This document shows positions 22,355 to 31,321 of a stretch of DNA of 39,137 bases, in pieces. How positions within the stretch are numbered: position 1 is the first letter of the stretch; each line of letters starts with the position of its first letter. The stretch spans positions 1 to 39,137 of the IMG/VR virus record IMGVR_UViG_3300033406_000017, one strand, 5' to 3'. The notes beneath the pieces are model-generated. The model was not told where the DNA came from, searched no databases, and saw nothing but the letters and a program-made list of their open reading frames with translations. Origin of the DNA: a virus (taxonomy: Duplodnaviria > Caudoviricetes). Made by a program: the position numbers and the translations under genes.

Positions 22355-24549
22355 GTTATACGGAAGAAGACAAGCAGGACGACGAGCAATCCGTTCAGCA
22401 AAAGTCATTGGCCAAGAAATGGGGCAAGCGGCTTGAGAAAGCCCTTAAGGAACACGAGAAAAAAGGCACAGAAAAGCGCTTTAAAGAGCTTCGTTCCTAC
22501 GTTCGCGGCGATGTTGGCGATGATGGCGAGTCCGGATTAGTCCGCACGAACATCATTCACTCGAATTTCGCGGCGATTCTCCCTCAGATTTACGCCAAGA
22601 ACCCTGAAATTGCCGTTACTCCAACTGAAGCAGCCGGAAAAGTCTATGAATGGGTGCCGCAGTTCTGCAAAACGCTTCAATCCGTTATCGGCCGTAAGTT
22701 CGTTAAGGAAGGCCAGCTAAAGAAGCGCGCCAAATCTGCTATTCGCTCGGCTATGACCACTGCTGAAGGATGGGCGAAGCTCAGTTGGCAGAAGGACGTT
22801 CGAACCGATCCTCTGATTGATAACCGGATCAACGATGCCCAGGACAATCTGCAGCGTATCAAGTACCTGATTTCCGAGATTGAAGAAGGCGATGATTCGC
22901 GCTGTGAGCTTGAGGCCAAGCAAGGCGAACTAGAGCAGCAACTATCCGCATTGCAACAGCAAGCCGAGCTATCCGTAGTTTCTGGCATCGCCATTGATCG
23001 CGTATTGACTGAGGACATATTTGTCCTTGACGAAACGATCTACGATTTCGACCAATACGACCAAGCAGAGGCGATTGCTCACCGTGTTTGGATGACCGAA
23101 GAGCAGTATGAGCAGACGTTCGGCAAGGACGTTCCGAAGACTTCTATCAAGTACGGCAAGGACAAGAAGGAATCGACCTCAAACAGCGAAGATGACGAGC
23201 GCACTTGTCTTGTGGCTGTGTTTGAGGTGTGGAGCAAGGCGTCCAACAGCGTTTATACGCTTTGTGCGGGTGCTGATGAATGGGCGCGTGATCCTTACGT
23301 CCCGGTCACTCTAGGCAAGCGGTTCTATCCGTTCTTTGCGCTGGCTTTCAATCCGGTTGATGGCCGGGTTCAGCCGATTTCAGATGCTGAATTGCTGATT
23401 GAGCTACAGGACGAGTACAACACGACTCGCACCAACTACGCAGAGCATCGAAAAGAGAATCTTCCTGTCCGCGTGTATCGCAAGGCCGGAGATTTGACCG
23501 ATGCGGACATCAAGGCGCTTGCAAACCGCTCGGCCAATCAGTGGGTAGGCTTGGAAGGCGATCCAGGCGCTCCGATTCAGAACGATATTGCCATTCTGCA
23601 GAACCCGCCGATTGATCCGCAGACATACGACGTTCAGCCGATCCTTAGAGACGCTGAGATGCTGCTTGGTGCAGGCGATGCAGCCAAGGGCGTGGTCAAT
23701 AAGGCCAAGACTGCCACCGAAGCCGAAATCATGGCGAACGGCCTTCAGTCTCGCGTTGCCGAACGCCAGGATGTGGTCGAGGACTGGATTGGCGAGATGG
23801 CGCAATACGCCGCCGAACTATGCTTGCAGGAAATGACACTGGCGGAGGTTCAGGAGATCGCCGGTCAAGAGTCGGTATGGCCTGAGATGGACAAGAAGCA
23901 GATTTTCAACCTTGTCCAGATTGAAATCCGCGCCGGTTCGGCTGGTCGTCCTAACAAAGCCAAGGAGCGAGAACAGTGGGGCCAGATGCTGCCTCAGATT
24001 CAGCAGTCGGTGACGCAGATTGCCCAGCTTCGCGAACAAGAGCAAAACGACATGGCCGACTCCATGATGAAGCTCATGGAAGAAACGCTGCGCCGGTTCG
24101 ACGAGCGGATTGACATTGAATCGTTCATGCCGCCAAAGAAGGAAGAAGGACAGCAGCCGAACATTCCGCCAGAACTTCAGCAGCAGATGCAGCAAGCACA
24201 GGCACAAATGCAGCAATTGCAGGCCGAGAACGAGCAACTGAAGCAGGCCATGCAAGGCAAGCAAGCCGATATGCAGATTGCCGCTCAAAAGATCGACGCA
24301 GATATGAAGGCCAAGGGCGCCGAAATTGAACAGGCCAGCATCATGTCCGAAAAGGAAATGGCTGTTCGCCTGGAAGAGGCACAAATCAAGGCGCAGGCTG
24401 ACAAAGAAGCCCGCATCTATATCGCTGAACTCAACGCACAGATCGAACGAGAAAAGATCGCATCCCAGGAACGCATTGCCATGTGCCAACACGCACATGA
24501 TGAGATTCCTGATGTCACCGTTGTCGCACAAGAACTCCCAACCCTGTAA
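22351..24549 (+). CDS. Portal protein (P22-like, long C-terminal coiled coil)
   Basis: 732 aa; position after terminase; KTATEAEI motif; Gln-rich helical tail. Confidence 0.85.
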   Translation: MSYTEEDKQDDEQSVQQKSLAKKWGKRLEKALKEHEKKGTEKRFKELRSYVRGDVGDDGESGLVRTNIIHSNFAAILPQIYAKNPEIAVTPTEAAGKVYEWVPQFCKTLQSVIGRKFVKEGQLKKRAKSAIRSAMTTAEGWAKLSWQKDVRTDPLIDNRINDAQDNLQRIKYLISEIEEGDDSRCELEAKQGELEQQLSALQQQAELSVVSGIAIDRVLTEDIFVLDETIYDFDQYDQAEAIAHRVWMTEEQYEQTFGKDVPKTSIKYGKDKKESTSNSEDDERTCLVAVFEVWSKASNSVYTLCAGADEWARDPYVPVTLGKRFYPFFALAFNPVDGRVQPISDAELLIELQDEYNTTRTNYAEHRKENLPVRVYRKAGDLTDADIKALANRSANQWVGLEGDPGAPIQNDIAILQNPPIDPQTYDVQPILRDAEMLLGAGDAAKGVVNKAKTATEAEIMANGLQSRVAERQDVVEDWIGEMAQYAAELCLQEMTLAEVQEIAGQESVWPEMDKKQIFNLVQIEIRAGSAGRPNKAKEREQWGQMLPQIQQSVTQIAQLREQEQNDMADSMMKLMEETLRRFDERIDIESFMPPKKEEGQQPNIPPELQQQMQQAQAQMQQLQAENEQLKQAMQGKQADMQIAAQKIDADMKAKGAEIEQASIMSEKEMAVRLEEAQIKAQADKEARIYIAELNAQIEREKIASQERIAMCQHAHDEIPDVTVVAQELPTL

Positions 24550-24561
24550 AGGAAAATCCGC

Positions 24562-25518
24562 ATGGATGAAGACCTGAACGTATCGGAATCGGTCGCCGAT
24601 GAAGTGGTATCGAAAGAACCGGAAATCGTTGAGTCAAACGAACCGGAATCAATGCTTGAGGCGATTCAAGAAGGACTAAAGCCCGAAGAAGACAAGCAGG
24701 AAGAACCGGCCAAGGAAGAGCAAGCAGCCGAAGAGGAAAAGCCGGAAGCCGAGGTAACGCCGGATAACGATGACGAGCCACCGGAAGGCATCAGCAAGAA
24801 GGCTCAAGAGCGTTTTCGCTCGATGGTCACGAAGGTCAAGGAGAAGGATGCCGAGATTGAGCGTCTGTCAAGCGACCTTGGCGGAATTCGTAAGGTCATG
24901 CAGGATACTGGCGGCAAGCCGGAAGACTTCGCCAAGACGTTCGAGTACATCAAGGCGCTCAACTCAGGTGATTTCCAGTACGCCAGAACCATCCTTGAAG
25001 AACAGGTCCGGCAACTCTCCGTTCTTACCGGCAAGCCGTTTGGCGAAGTTGATCCGCTGTCGCAATTCCCTGACCTTCGCGAACGGGTGAATTCCTACCA
25101 GATGGACGAGCAGACGGCGCTTGAAATGGCGCGCCATCGTTCTACGCAGCAGGCGCAGGATAACGCATACCAACAGATGCGGCAGCAGCAGGAAAGCCAA
25201 CAGGCATTCACGCAGGTTCGCCAGCAAGCTATTTCAGACATTGACCGACTTGGCACAGAGTGGGCAAAGACTGATCCTGACTACAAGTTCAAGGAGCAGA
25301 TCATCAACGAACGGGCCAAGGAAATTGCCGCACAGTTCCCGCCGCAGCAGTGGGCCGCTCAAGTTAAGTTGATCTACCAGACGCTTTCTTCTGTGCCGAT
25401 GCAAAAGCCAGCCCCGCACCAACCAAATCCGCTTCGCTCTTCCGGTCAGTCGGCCGGAAATCGCCAGCCAAATTCGATTCTGGAAGCGGTGCAGAACGGG
25501 TTGGGTTATTCCAGCTAA
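24562..25518 (+). CDS. Scaffolding protein
   Basis: Acidic N-terminus, helical coiled coil, between portal and capsid. Confidence 0.7.
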   Translation: MDEDLNVSESVADEVVSKEPEIVESNEPESMLEAIQEGLKPEEDKQEEPAKEEQAAEEEKPEAEVTPDNDDEPPEGISKKAQERFRSMVTKVKEKDAEIERLSSDLGGIRKVMQDTGGKPEDFAKTFEYIKALNSGDFQYARTILEEQVRQLSVLTGKPFGEVDPLSQFPDLRERVNSYQMDEQTALEMARHRSTQQAQDNAYQQMRQQQESQQAFTQVRQQAISDIDRLGTEWAKTDPDYKFKEQIINERAKEIAAQFPPQQWAAQVKLIYQTLSSVPMQKPAPHQPNPLRSSGQSAGNRQPNSILEAVQNGLGYSS

Positions 25519-25541
25519 ACCATCGTTAATCGAATAAACGT

Positions 25542-25567
25542 AGCCTCGCTAAATGCGGGGCTTTTTT
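25542..25567 (+). terminator. Intrinsic terminator
   Basis: AGCCTCGC-TAAAT-GCGGGGCT-TTTTT. Confidence 0.75.
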
Positions 25568-25579
25568 ACGCCTATTGGC

Positions 25580-25771
25580 TTATTGATCTCGCGAAAAACA
25601 TTTCTTAATTACATGCCACAAAGACCAATTTTTTTCTGGCTTGTATTCAGCAATTAATTCTTCAACAAGAATTTTTGACTTTTCTGACGCAGCAATTGCG
25701 TCTTCTTTGGATTCTGTAGCGTTTGATTTAGCAGGGATTGCGTTCTCTTTGGATTGAATTGCGTATTGCAT
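25580..25771 (-). CDS. Small antisense moron-like ORF
   Basis: AT-rich 63-aa ORF with GAGG SD between scaffold terminator and capsid promoter. Confidence 0.45.
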   Translation of the reverse strand: MQYAIQSKENAIPAKSNATESKEDAIAASEKSKILVEELIAEYKPEKNWSLWHVIKKCFSRDQ

Positions 25772-25799
25772 GATTGCCTCGCTATGTAGATAGACAACA

Positions 25800-25830
25800 A
25801 TTTATCACGTTCAAAACACTTGGATATAAA
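25800..25830 (+). promoter_or_regulatory. Putative phage late promoter, copy 3 (capsid)
   Basis: ATTTATCACGTTCA-N11-TATAAA. Confidence 0.65.
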
Positions 25831-25939
25831 GCCTTCAGACGTATTCGGATTCGTCACCGGATTGTTGTGAATGGCTGAATTACCCGTCGACGCCAGCGGG
25901 AAAAGTTTGTTTTTCCTAATTTCCAAGGAGCTTTGAATT

Positions 25940-27001
25940 ATGGCCTTTAGCGCCCAAGAGCTACAGGACGCTGGCAAGATTGCTCTTGACTTCTACGTCA
26001 AGAAAAATCCGATTGACCAGGTAGCCGTCGAACGTCCGTTGATGAAGGCCCTGATGGGCAAGAAGAAGTCTTTCCCCGGTGGTAAGCAGTACATCGTTGA
26101 GCAGCTTCGCTATCGTTACCAGTCGAACTTCCAATGGTTTAACGGTGCTTCCGTTGTCTCGTACAACAAGCGCGTGACCGTTGAGCAAGCTCAATTCCCG
26201 TGGCGTTCTGCCCACGATGGTTTCTCGCTTGACGAAGATCGTCTGGCACAGAACGGCATCTCCATCGATGACAACTCCAAGGGCGGCAACGCTTCCCAGG
26301 CAGAACAGGTGCAACTGAGCAATCTGCTGCAGGAATCGACCGAAACGCTGCGTCTCGGCTTCGAGGAAAAGTTCTCGATGTATCTGCATCTGGACGGTTC
26401 GTCCTCGACCGATGCCATTGCTGGCTTGGACAACATCGTTTCGCTGGCGCCGACCTCCGGCACCGTGGGCGGCATTGACCGTGTTGGTAACACCTACTGG
26501 CGTAACAACGTTTCCACCGGCCTGACCGCGCCGACGACTGCCGCGCAAGCTCAGACGTTCCTGGCGGCGATGGAAACCCAGTGGCGCGCTTGTATCAAGA
26601 ACGGTGGTCGTCCTGACCTGATCTTCGCGGGTGCTTCGTTCCTAGATGCATACATTGCTGCGCTGACGCTGTCCGGTCAGCAAATCCAGTATGCCGGTGG
26701 CGAAGTTCGCAAGCTGGATGGCGGTGTTGGTGGCGTTTATTTCAAGGGCGTTGAAATCCAATGGTGCCCGGAGTTTGACGACAACTTTGGCGGTTTTGTT
26801 TCCCCGGCCACTAGCTGGACGAAGCGCTGCTACTTCATCAACTCCAAGCACCTGACCCTGCGTCCGATGGACGGTCAGGACATGGTGACTCGCAAGCCGC
26901 CGCGCGTGTATGACAAGTACGTCTATTACTGGGCGCTGACCTGGCGCGGTGCCTTGACGACCAACCGAGCCAACGCCCACAGCGTTCTGGCGCTGAGCTA
27001 A
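25940..27001 (+). CDS. Major capsid protein
   Basis: 353 aa after scaffold; strong AAGGAG SD; optimal-looking codon usage; GGIDR..NTYWRN, PDLI, YFINSKHL motifs. Confidence 0.88.
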   Translation: MAFSAQELQDAGKIALDFYVKKNPIDQVAVERPLMKALMGKKKSFPGGKQYIVEQLRYRYQSNFQWFNGASVVSYNKRVTVEQAQFPWRSAHDGFSLDEDRLAQNGISIDDNSKGGNASQAEQVQLSNLLQESTETLRLGFEEKFSMYLHLDGSSSTDAIAGLDNIVSLAPTSGTVGGIDRVGNTYWRNNVSTGLTAPTTAAQAQTFLAAMETQWRACIKNGGRPDLIFAGASFLDAYIAALTLSGQQIQYAGGEVRKLDGGVGGVYFKGVEIQWCPEFDDNFGGFVSPATSWTKRCYFINSKHLTLRPMDGQDMVTRKPPRVYDKYVYYWALTWRGALTTNRANAHSVLALS

Positions 27002-27013
27002 GGGGAATAGATC

Positions 27014-27346
27014 ATGAAACAAGTTGATCTTGGCACCCTGACCTCGGCTGTTGCTGGCACTACCGCCAAGCCGGAAGACAGCAATGTCGAATTCCAGCGT
27101 GGCTCCAACGTTTTTGCAGTGATCCAGCCGACCAACGGTGCATTTGTTGGTACGGCGAAGATTCAAGGCACGAACGATCTGGATTCGGTGGCTGACGGTT
27201 CGGCGACTTGGACCGATCTGATGACCTTTACCGCGCCGGCTTCCAACAGCGGATCGAAGGTTGGTGTGGTGACTGCTTACCGTCGTATGCGTCTGAACGT
27301 TACCGCATTCACCAGCGGTTCCGTGAATGGCCTGCTGCTTGCCTAA
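27014..27346 (+). CDS. Putative head decoration protein
   Basis: Beta-rich 110 aa co-transcribed with capsid before a terminator. Confidence 0.55.
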   Translation: MKQVDLGTLTSAVAGTTAKPEDSNVEFQRGSNVFAVIQPTNGAFVGTAKIQGTNDLDSVADGSATWTDLMTFTAPASNSGSKVGVVTAYRRMRLNVTAFTSGSVNGLLLA

Positions 27347-27354
27347 AGCAGATC

Positions 27355-27388
27355 GAAGCCCTGCCGGTCACAAGCTGGCGGGGCTTTC
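27355..27388 (+). terminator. Intrinsic terminator after head genes
   Basis: AAGCCCTGCCGG / CTGGCGGGGCTTTC. Confidence 0.65.
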
Positions 27389-27407
27389 TCATATTTCAGG
27401 AGTGTAA

Positions 27408-27728
27408 ATGCTTGCAAAGCACGTAAAGGTTCATGTTCGTCGTGACATGGCCGAAATTATCCCTGCTGTTGTGTTCGAGCATGAAGTCGAAATCCTCCGC
27501 GACATGCACGGCGATGGCAACATTGAGGAAGTCGAAAGCGATTACCCGGCAGTTCCAATTGACGCCGCCGAAGAATTCGACCGACTGGTCAATGTCTATG
27601 GCCGCAATGACGAAGGCCAGCTTTACGCAGAGCGTTGTATTGGTCGTGGCTACAAGCAGCTTGAAGCGCTGGCTTACAAAGAGCCTGCCAAGCGTGGCCG
27701 TCCGGCTAAGGACGAAGCAGACGCATGA
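27408..27728 (+). CDS. Hypothetical virion-assembly protein
   Basis: HEVEILRDMHG...EFDRLVNVYG; AGGAG SD. Confidence 0.7.
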   Translation: MLAKHVKVHVRRDMAEIIPAVVFEHEVEILRDMHGDGNIEEVESDYPAVPIDAAEEFDRLVNVYGRNDEGQLYAERCIGRGYKQLEALAYKEPAKRGRPAKDEADA

Positions 27729-28363
27729 TTTACCGTACCCTGGGCGAACTCCGCAGCGAACTCTCCCGGCGCTTAGGATTCGGCGCTCAGGGTTCGAGCG
27801 GTATCAATTCAGCGCTGCTCGATAGCTTCCTGCAGAATGCGCAGGATCAGATTTTCGCGGCTTTCGAGTGGCGCAACCGGATCAAGTACGACGAGAAGAC
27901 AACCGGAGTCGGTCAGACGCTCTACGATTGGGCGGTTGATTGCGATCCTACTCACCTTCGCGACGTCGCCATTTATGATGGCACGCGATGGGTTCAGATG
28001 CATGAAGGAATCTCATGGGCGCAACGCTCGGACGATCAGCAGTTCCAGCCGTGCCGGTATGAGAAATACGAACAGATGGAAGTATGGCCAGCTCCTGATG
28101 CGGCCTACACAATCCGGCGCTATTACGTAGCCGTTCCTTCACGATTCACGCAAGACAATGACCGAGCATCGATTGATGACGCTTTGATCTTTCTGCACGC
28201 ACTGACGAATGCCAAGTTGCATTACAAGCAGAGCGACGGTCAAGCCTACGCCGAGCAATTGAATGCGATGCTTGACAAGCTGAAGGCTAAGAATCGCGGC
28301 CATGCGGTTGTTTCTCGCCGTGGATCGAATATCGATACGCCAGCAAGACCGCGACAGGTGTAA
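27725..28363 (+). CDS. Head-tail adaptor (tail tubular A / P22 gp4 position)
   Basis: TLGELRSEL..RLG; EVWPAPD..Y; position before nozzle. Confidence 0.7.
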   Translation: MIYRTLGELRSELSRRLGFGAQGSSGINSALLDSFLQNAQDQIFAAFEWRNRIKYDEKTTGVGQTLYDWAVDCDPTHLRDVAIYDGTRWVQMHEGISWAQRSDDQQFQPCRYEKYEQMEVWPAPDAAYTIRRYYVAVPSRFTQDNDRASIDDALIFLHALTNAKLHYKQSDGQAYAEQLNAMLDKLKAKNRGHAVVSRRGSNIDTPARPRQV

Positions 28364-28365
28364 TC

Positions 28366-29751
28366 ATCAGCGCTATCACATTCGATAATTACTCGTCGGG
28401 TTTGGATGTACGTAAGGGCGCTTCAGTGTCCGATGCGAACCGCCTTCGCCGCCTGGACAACTGCTTCGTCACGACGGGGAAGACGATCAGAAAACGTCCT
28501 GGCCTATCTGTCGTCACAACGCTGGAGCCTGGAACGCAAGGACTCCGCGCCGCAGGCGGTAAGCTGAACACGTTCCATGCTACTGGCACCGTAACGCACT
28601 CGGACGGGCGTTTTAAAGCAAACAAGATTGCCCACCCGACGCTGCCGGCAATGGAAGTCAAAACGATCCATTACGCCGATGTGTTCAACGGGTATATCTA
28701 TGTCTCTGCCGAGTACAACAATGGCGATATTCGGCACCATTACCTAGACGGCACCAGCCCGACGCATATTGTTGATACGAACTGCCCAAACACGGCAGCG
28801 GTGGTCAAAAAATCGTCAAAGATTTTCGCGGTAAAGAATGATGTTGTTCGCTTCTGCAAAACATCAAATCCTCGCGACTGGACAACGGTCAATGATGCCG
28901 GTTTTCTTGGTGTTGGTATTCAGCAAAGCGGCGCAACGAACCCTACGGCGCTTGGCGAGTATTCCGGGAATCTAGTCGTGTTCTTCAAAGACTCGTCGCA
29001 GGTTTGGACGGTTGATCCTGACCCTAGCAAGATGGTTTTCGTGCAGGGATTAGACGTTGGCTGCCCTTATCCTAAAGGCGCCGCAAACATGGCCGGCGAC
29101 GTGTTCTTTGCCAGCTATGACGGTATTCGCTCGATTACCACGCAAAGCACGACAGGGAACCTGATTGACGTTGATGTCGGTTCTCCGATTGATGCGCTGG
29201 TAAAGCAAGAATTTACGTCGACTTCCGATTTGAGCGCCTTTTATTTCCGGGGTGGCGGTCAGTTCTGGATCATGAAGGGCGATCAGGCTTGGGTGTATTC
29301 GTTCTCTCGTACATCGAAGATTTCTGCGTGGTCACACTATCAATTACCGTTCGCGATTACAGATCGAACCGAGCTTGACGGAGATTTGTATTTCCGCGCT
29401 GGTAATACGGTCTATAAGCTCGATGAAAACTCAACCACTGACGCTGGCGTACCTTTCACTGTAGGCATTGAGTTCCCATACCTTGATTTCAAGGTTCCAG
29501 GCGTCTTGAAGATGATCCATGGCATGGACACGGTGATGGTTGGCGAAGCTGATATGTCCATCAAGTTCGATGCGAGAAATCCTGATTTCGTTACGCCTTC
29601 GATTCCGATGTCTGGCGACACTAGGCCGAGCGAAATGACGGCGGTAGAGATTGTCTCTGTCGGGATAGCGCCAGTCATCGAATGCACAAACGACGGAGAG
29701 TTCGAATTGCACGCCATGACGTTCTACTTTGAATCGTTGGGCGCAATGTGA
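28366..29751 (+). CDS. Tail nozzle/hub protein (P22 gp10 / T7 gp12-like)
   Basis: Beta-propeller-like composition; LDNCFVTTGKTIRKRPGL; ISAWSHY; frame extends upstream of TTG 28402 to an ATC at 28366 preceded by AGGTG. Confidence 0.7.
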   Translation: MSAITFDNYSSGLDVRKGASVSDANRLRRLDNCFVTTGKTIRKRPGLSVVTTLEPGTQGLRAAGGKLNTFHATGTVTHSDGRFKANKIAHPTLPAMEVKTIHYADVFNGYIYVSAEYNNGDIRHHYLDGTSPTHIVDTNCPNTAAVVKKSSKIFAVKNDVVRFCKTSNPRDWTTVNDAGFLGVGIQQSGATNPTALGEYSGNLVVFFKDSSQVWTVDPDPSKMVFVQGLDVGCPYPKGAANMAGDVFFASYDGIRSITTQSTTGNLIDVDVGSPIDALVKQEFTSTSDLSAFYFRGGGQFWIMKGDQAWVYSFSRTSKISAWSHYQLPFAITDRTELDGDLYFRAGNTVYKLDENSTTDAGVPFTVGIEFPYLDFKVPGVLKMIHGMDTVMVGEADMSIKFDARNPDFVTPSIPMSGDTRPSEMTAVEIVSVGIAPVIECTNDGEFELHAMTFYFESLGAM

Positions 29752-30200
29752 TTGTCAAGGCGACATGGCCTGACATTATCGAAGTTTGCTTGAATCTTCG
29801 GGAAGACGATCTAGCCGAGGTAATGGCGACGCGATGGACGAATGACCCGTATGACTTGGCATCAGATTTCATGCATACGCCCGGTGGAAAGTTTGCCGTC
29901 ATTCACGATTACAAGCCGGTGTGTATCTTTGGCGTCGCCACTAGAACTCCCGGCGTAGGGCAGGGCTGGCTGGTTGGCACTGACGACATCGGAAAAGCAG
30001 GGGTAGAAGTTGCCCACGCCTGCCGTAAGGTGATTGGCGGGCTATTCAATGCGGATGTGCATCGCATCCAGGCCTACTCTGCTGCATTCCACACGCAAGC
30101 GCATCAATGGCTAGAACTGATCGGATTTAAGCGCGAGTCAGTAATGCATAAGTTCGGAAAAGACGGATCAGACTTTTACTGTTACGCGGTGACGAAATGA
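29748..30200 (+). CDS. GNAT-fold protein (T7 gp13-like)
   Basis: NLREDDLAEV; GQGWLVGTD; AHQWLELIGFKRE. Confidence 0.7.
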   Translation: MIVKATWPDIIEVCLNLREDDLAEVMATRWTNDPYDLASDFMHTPGGKFAVIHDYKPVCIFGVATRTPGVGQGWLVGTDDIGKAGVEVAHACRKVIGGLFNADVHRIQAYSAAFHTQAHQWLELIGFKRESVMHKFGKDGSDFYCYAVTK

Positions 30201-30622
30201 GAGCGCTGTTTCTCACTGAACCTGAAATGATTCAATCCTACTGGCCTGATGTTGAGCGATGCATTCAGCCGGTTGTCGATCAGGCCGCAAGAGGAGAATT
30301 TCTAACGGAAGACATTAAGCGCCTGTGCGATGAACGGCGCGCCTATTGCGCTGTAGTAATGGATGGCGAGAAGGTCATCATGGCGGTTGCGTTCGAATTC
30401 GTTTTTTATCCGCGCATGACAGCCTGCAACATCATGGCGCTTGGTGGCGAAAGACTGAATGAAGTCGCCAATACGTTTTTTATCACTTTCAAAACATGGC
30501 TATATGGTATGGGCGTCACGGTAATCGAGGCGTCGTGTTCCTCTGCCATGTCCAGGCTTTTAAAGCTAATTGGATTTGAGAAAACGTATGAGGTCGTGCG
30601 GTATGAGGTTCGATTACCATGA
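30197..30622 (+). CDS. Second GNAT-like protein
   Basis: IMALGG...GVTVIEASCSSAMSRLLKLIGFE. Confidence 0.6.
   Translation: MRALFLTEPEMIQSYWPDVERCIQPVVDQAARGEFLTEDIKRLCDERRAYCAVVMDGEKVIMAVAFEFVFYPRMTACNIMALGGERLNEVANTFFITFKTWLYGMGVTVIEASCSSAMSRLLKLIGFEKTYEVVRYEVRLP
30478..30508 (+). promoter_or_regulatory. Putative phage late promoter, copy 4 (internal; ejection genes)
   Basis: TTTTATCACTTTCA-N11-TATGGT; 12/14 match with identical spacing; 95 nt upstream of ATG 30603. Confidence 0.45.
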
Positions 30623-31319
30623 GGGCGAAGGCCCGCAAAGTTTTGTAGCAGTTGGCAACCGGCGCATCCTGTGCAAGGGTGGTGGCGGTGGTGGTGATGG
30701 TGGGGCTGCATCGCGAGAATATGAACGCCAACAGCGCATTGCTGCCGGAACTCAGCAGGTAAATTCAATCTTCGGCATCGGCAACGACCAAGCAGCCGCG
30801 CAGCGCGCCGCACTGTACGACACGACCAAGAACGATACCCGCCAGTTCTACACAAAGCAGCTTGAGGAAGACAAGGCAGCCGCACAAAGAGCGCTTGAAT
30901 TCCAGAAGGCCCGCCAAGGCATCATCGGCTCTTCCCAAGCAAACGACCTAGACTCTGAATTCCAGAAGCGCTACGACCGTGGCCTGTTGGACGTGGCAAA
31001 CCGCGCTGACAACGCCGCTACTCAATTCCGCACATCTGACGAGCAATCGCGCCTCAATCTTATTTCCAAGGTTGTGGCAGGCCTTGACCAAGGCACCGCA
31101 GCCCAGAACGCCATGAGCACGCTGCAGACCAACCAGAACGCGGCAAAGGAAGCCTACCAATCAGAGCGGATGGCTAACGTGTTCTCTGACCTGCTCGGCA
31201 CCTATAACGGGGTTCAGTACCAGAACGGCATGAATGCGGCTCGGATGCAAGGAACGAACCAGTACGGAAATTACGTTCCGACGCAAGACGGTGTAACAGG
31301 CACCGTGACGCAAAGCTAA
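30603..31319 (+). CDS. DNA ejection/pilot protein (P22 gp7-like leader)
   Basis: MRFDYHEGEGPQSFVAVGNRRILC-KGGGGGG; Q/A/N-rich helical body; start moved to ATG 30603. Confidence 0.65.
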   Translation: MRFDYHEGEGPQSFVAVGNRRILCKGGGGGGDGGAASREYERQQRIAAGTQQVNSIFGIGNDQAAAQRAALYDTTKNDTRQFYTKQLEEDKAAAQRALEFQKARQGIIGSSQANDLDSEFQKRYDRGLLDVANRADNAATQFRTSDEQSRLNLISKVVAGLDQGTAAQNAMSTLQTNQNAAKEAYQSERMANVFSDLLGTYNGVQYQNGMNAARMQGTNQYGNYVPTQDGVTGTVTQS

Positions 31320-31321
31320 TC

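Noticed and set aside
28371-28401. Fifth copy of the late promoter motif (TATCACATTC)
   Set aside because: Only 10/14 match, no -10-like hexamer at the 11-nt spacing, and it lies in coding sequence
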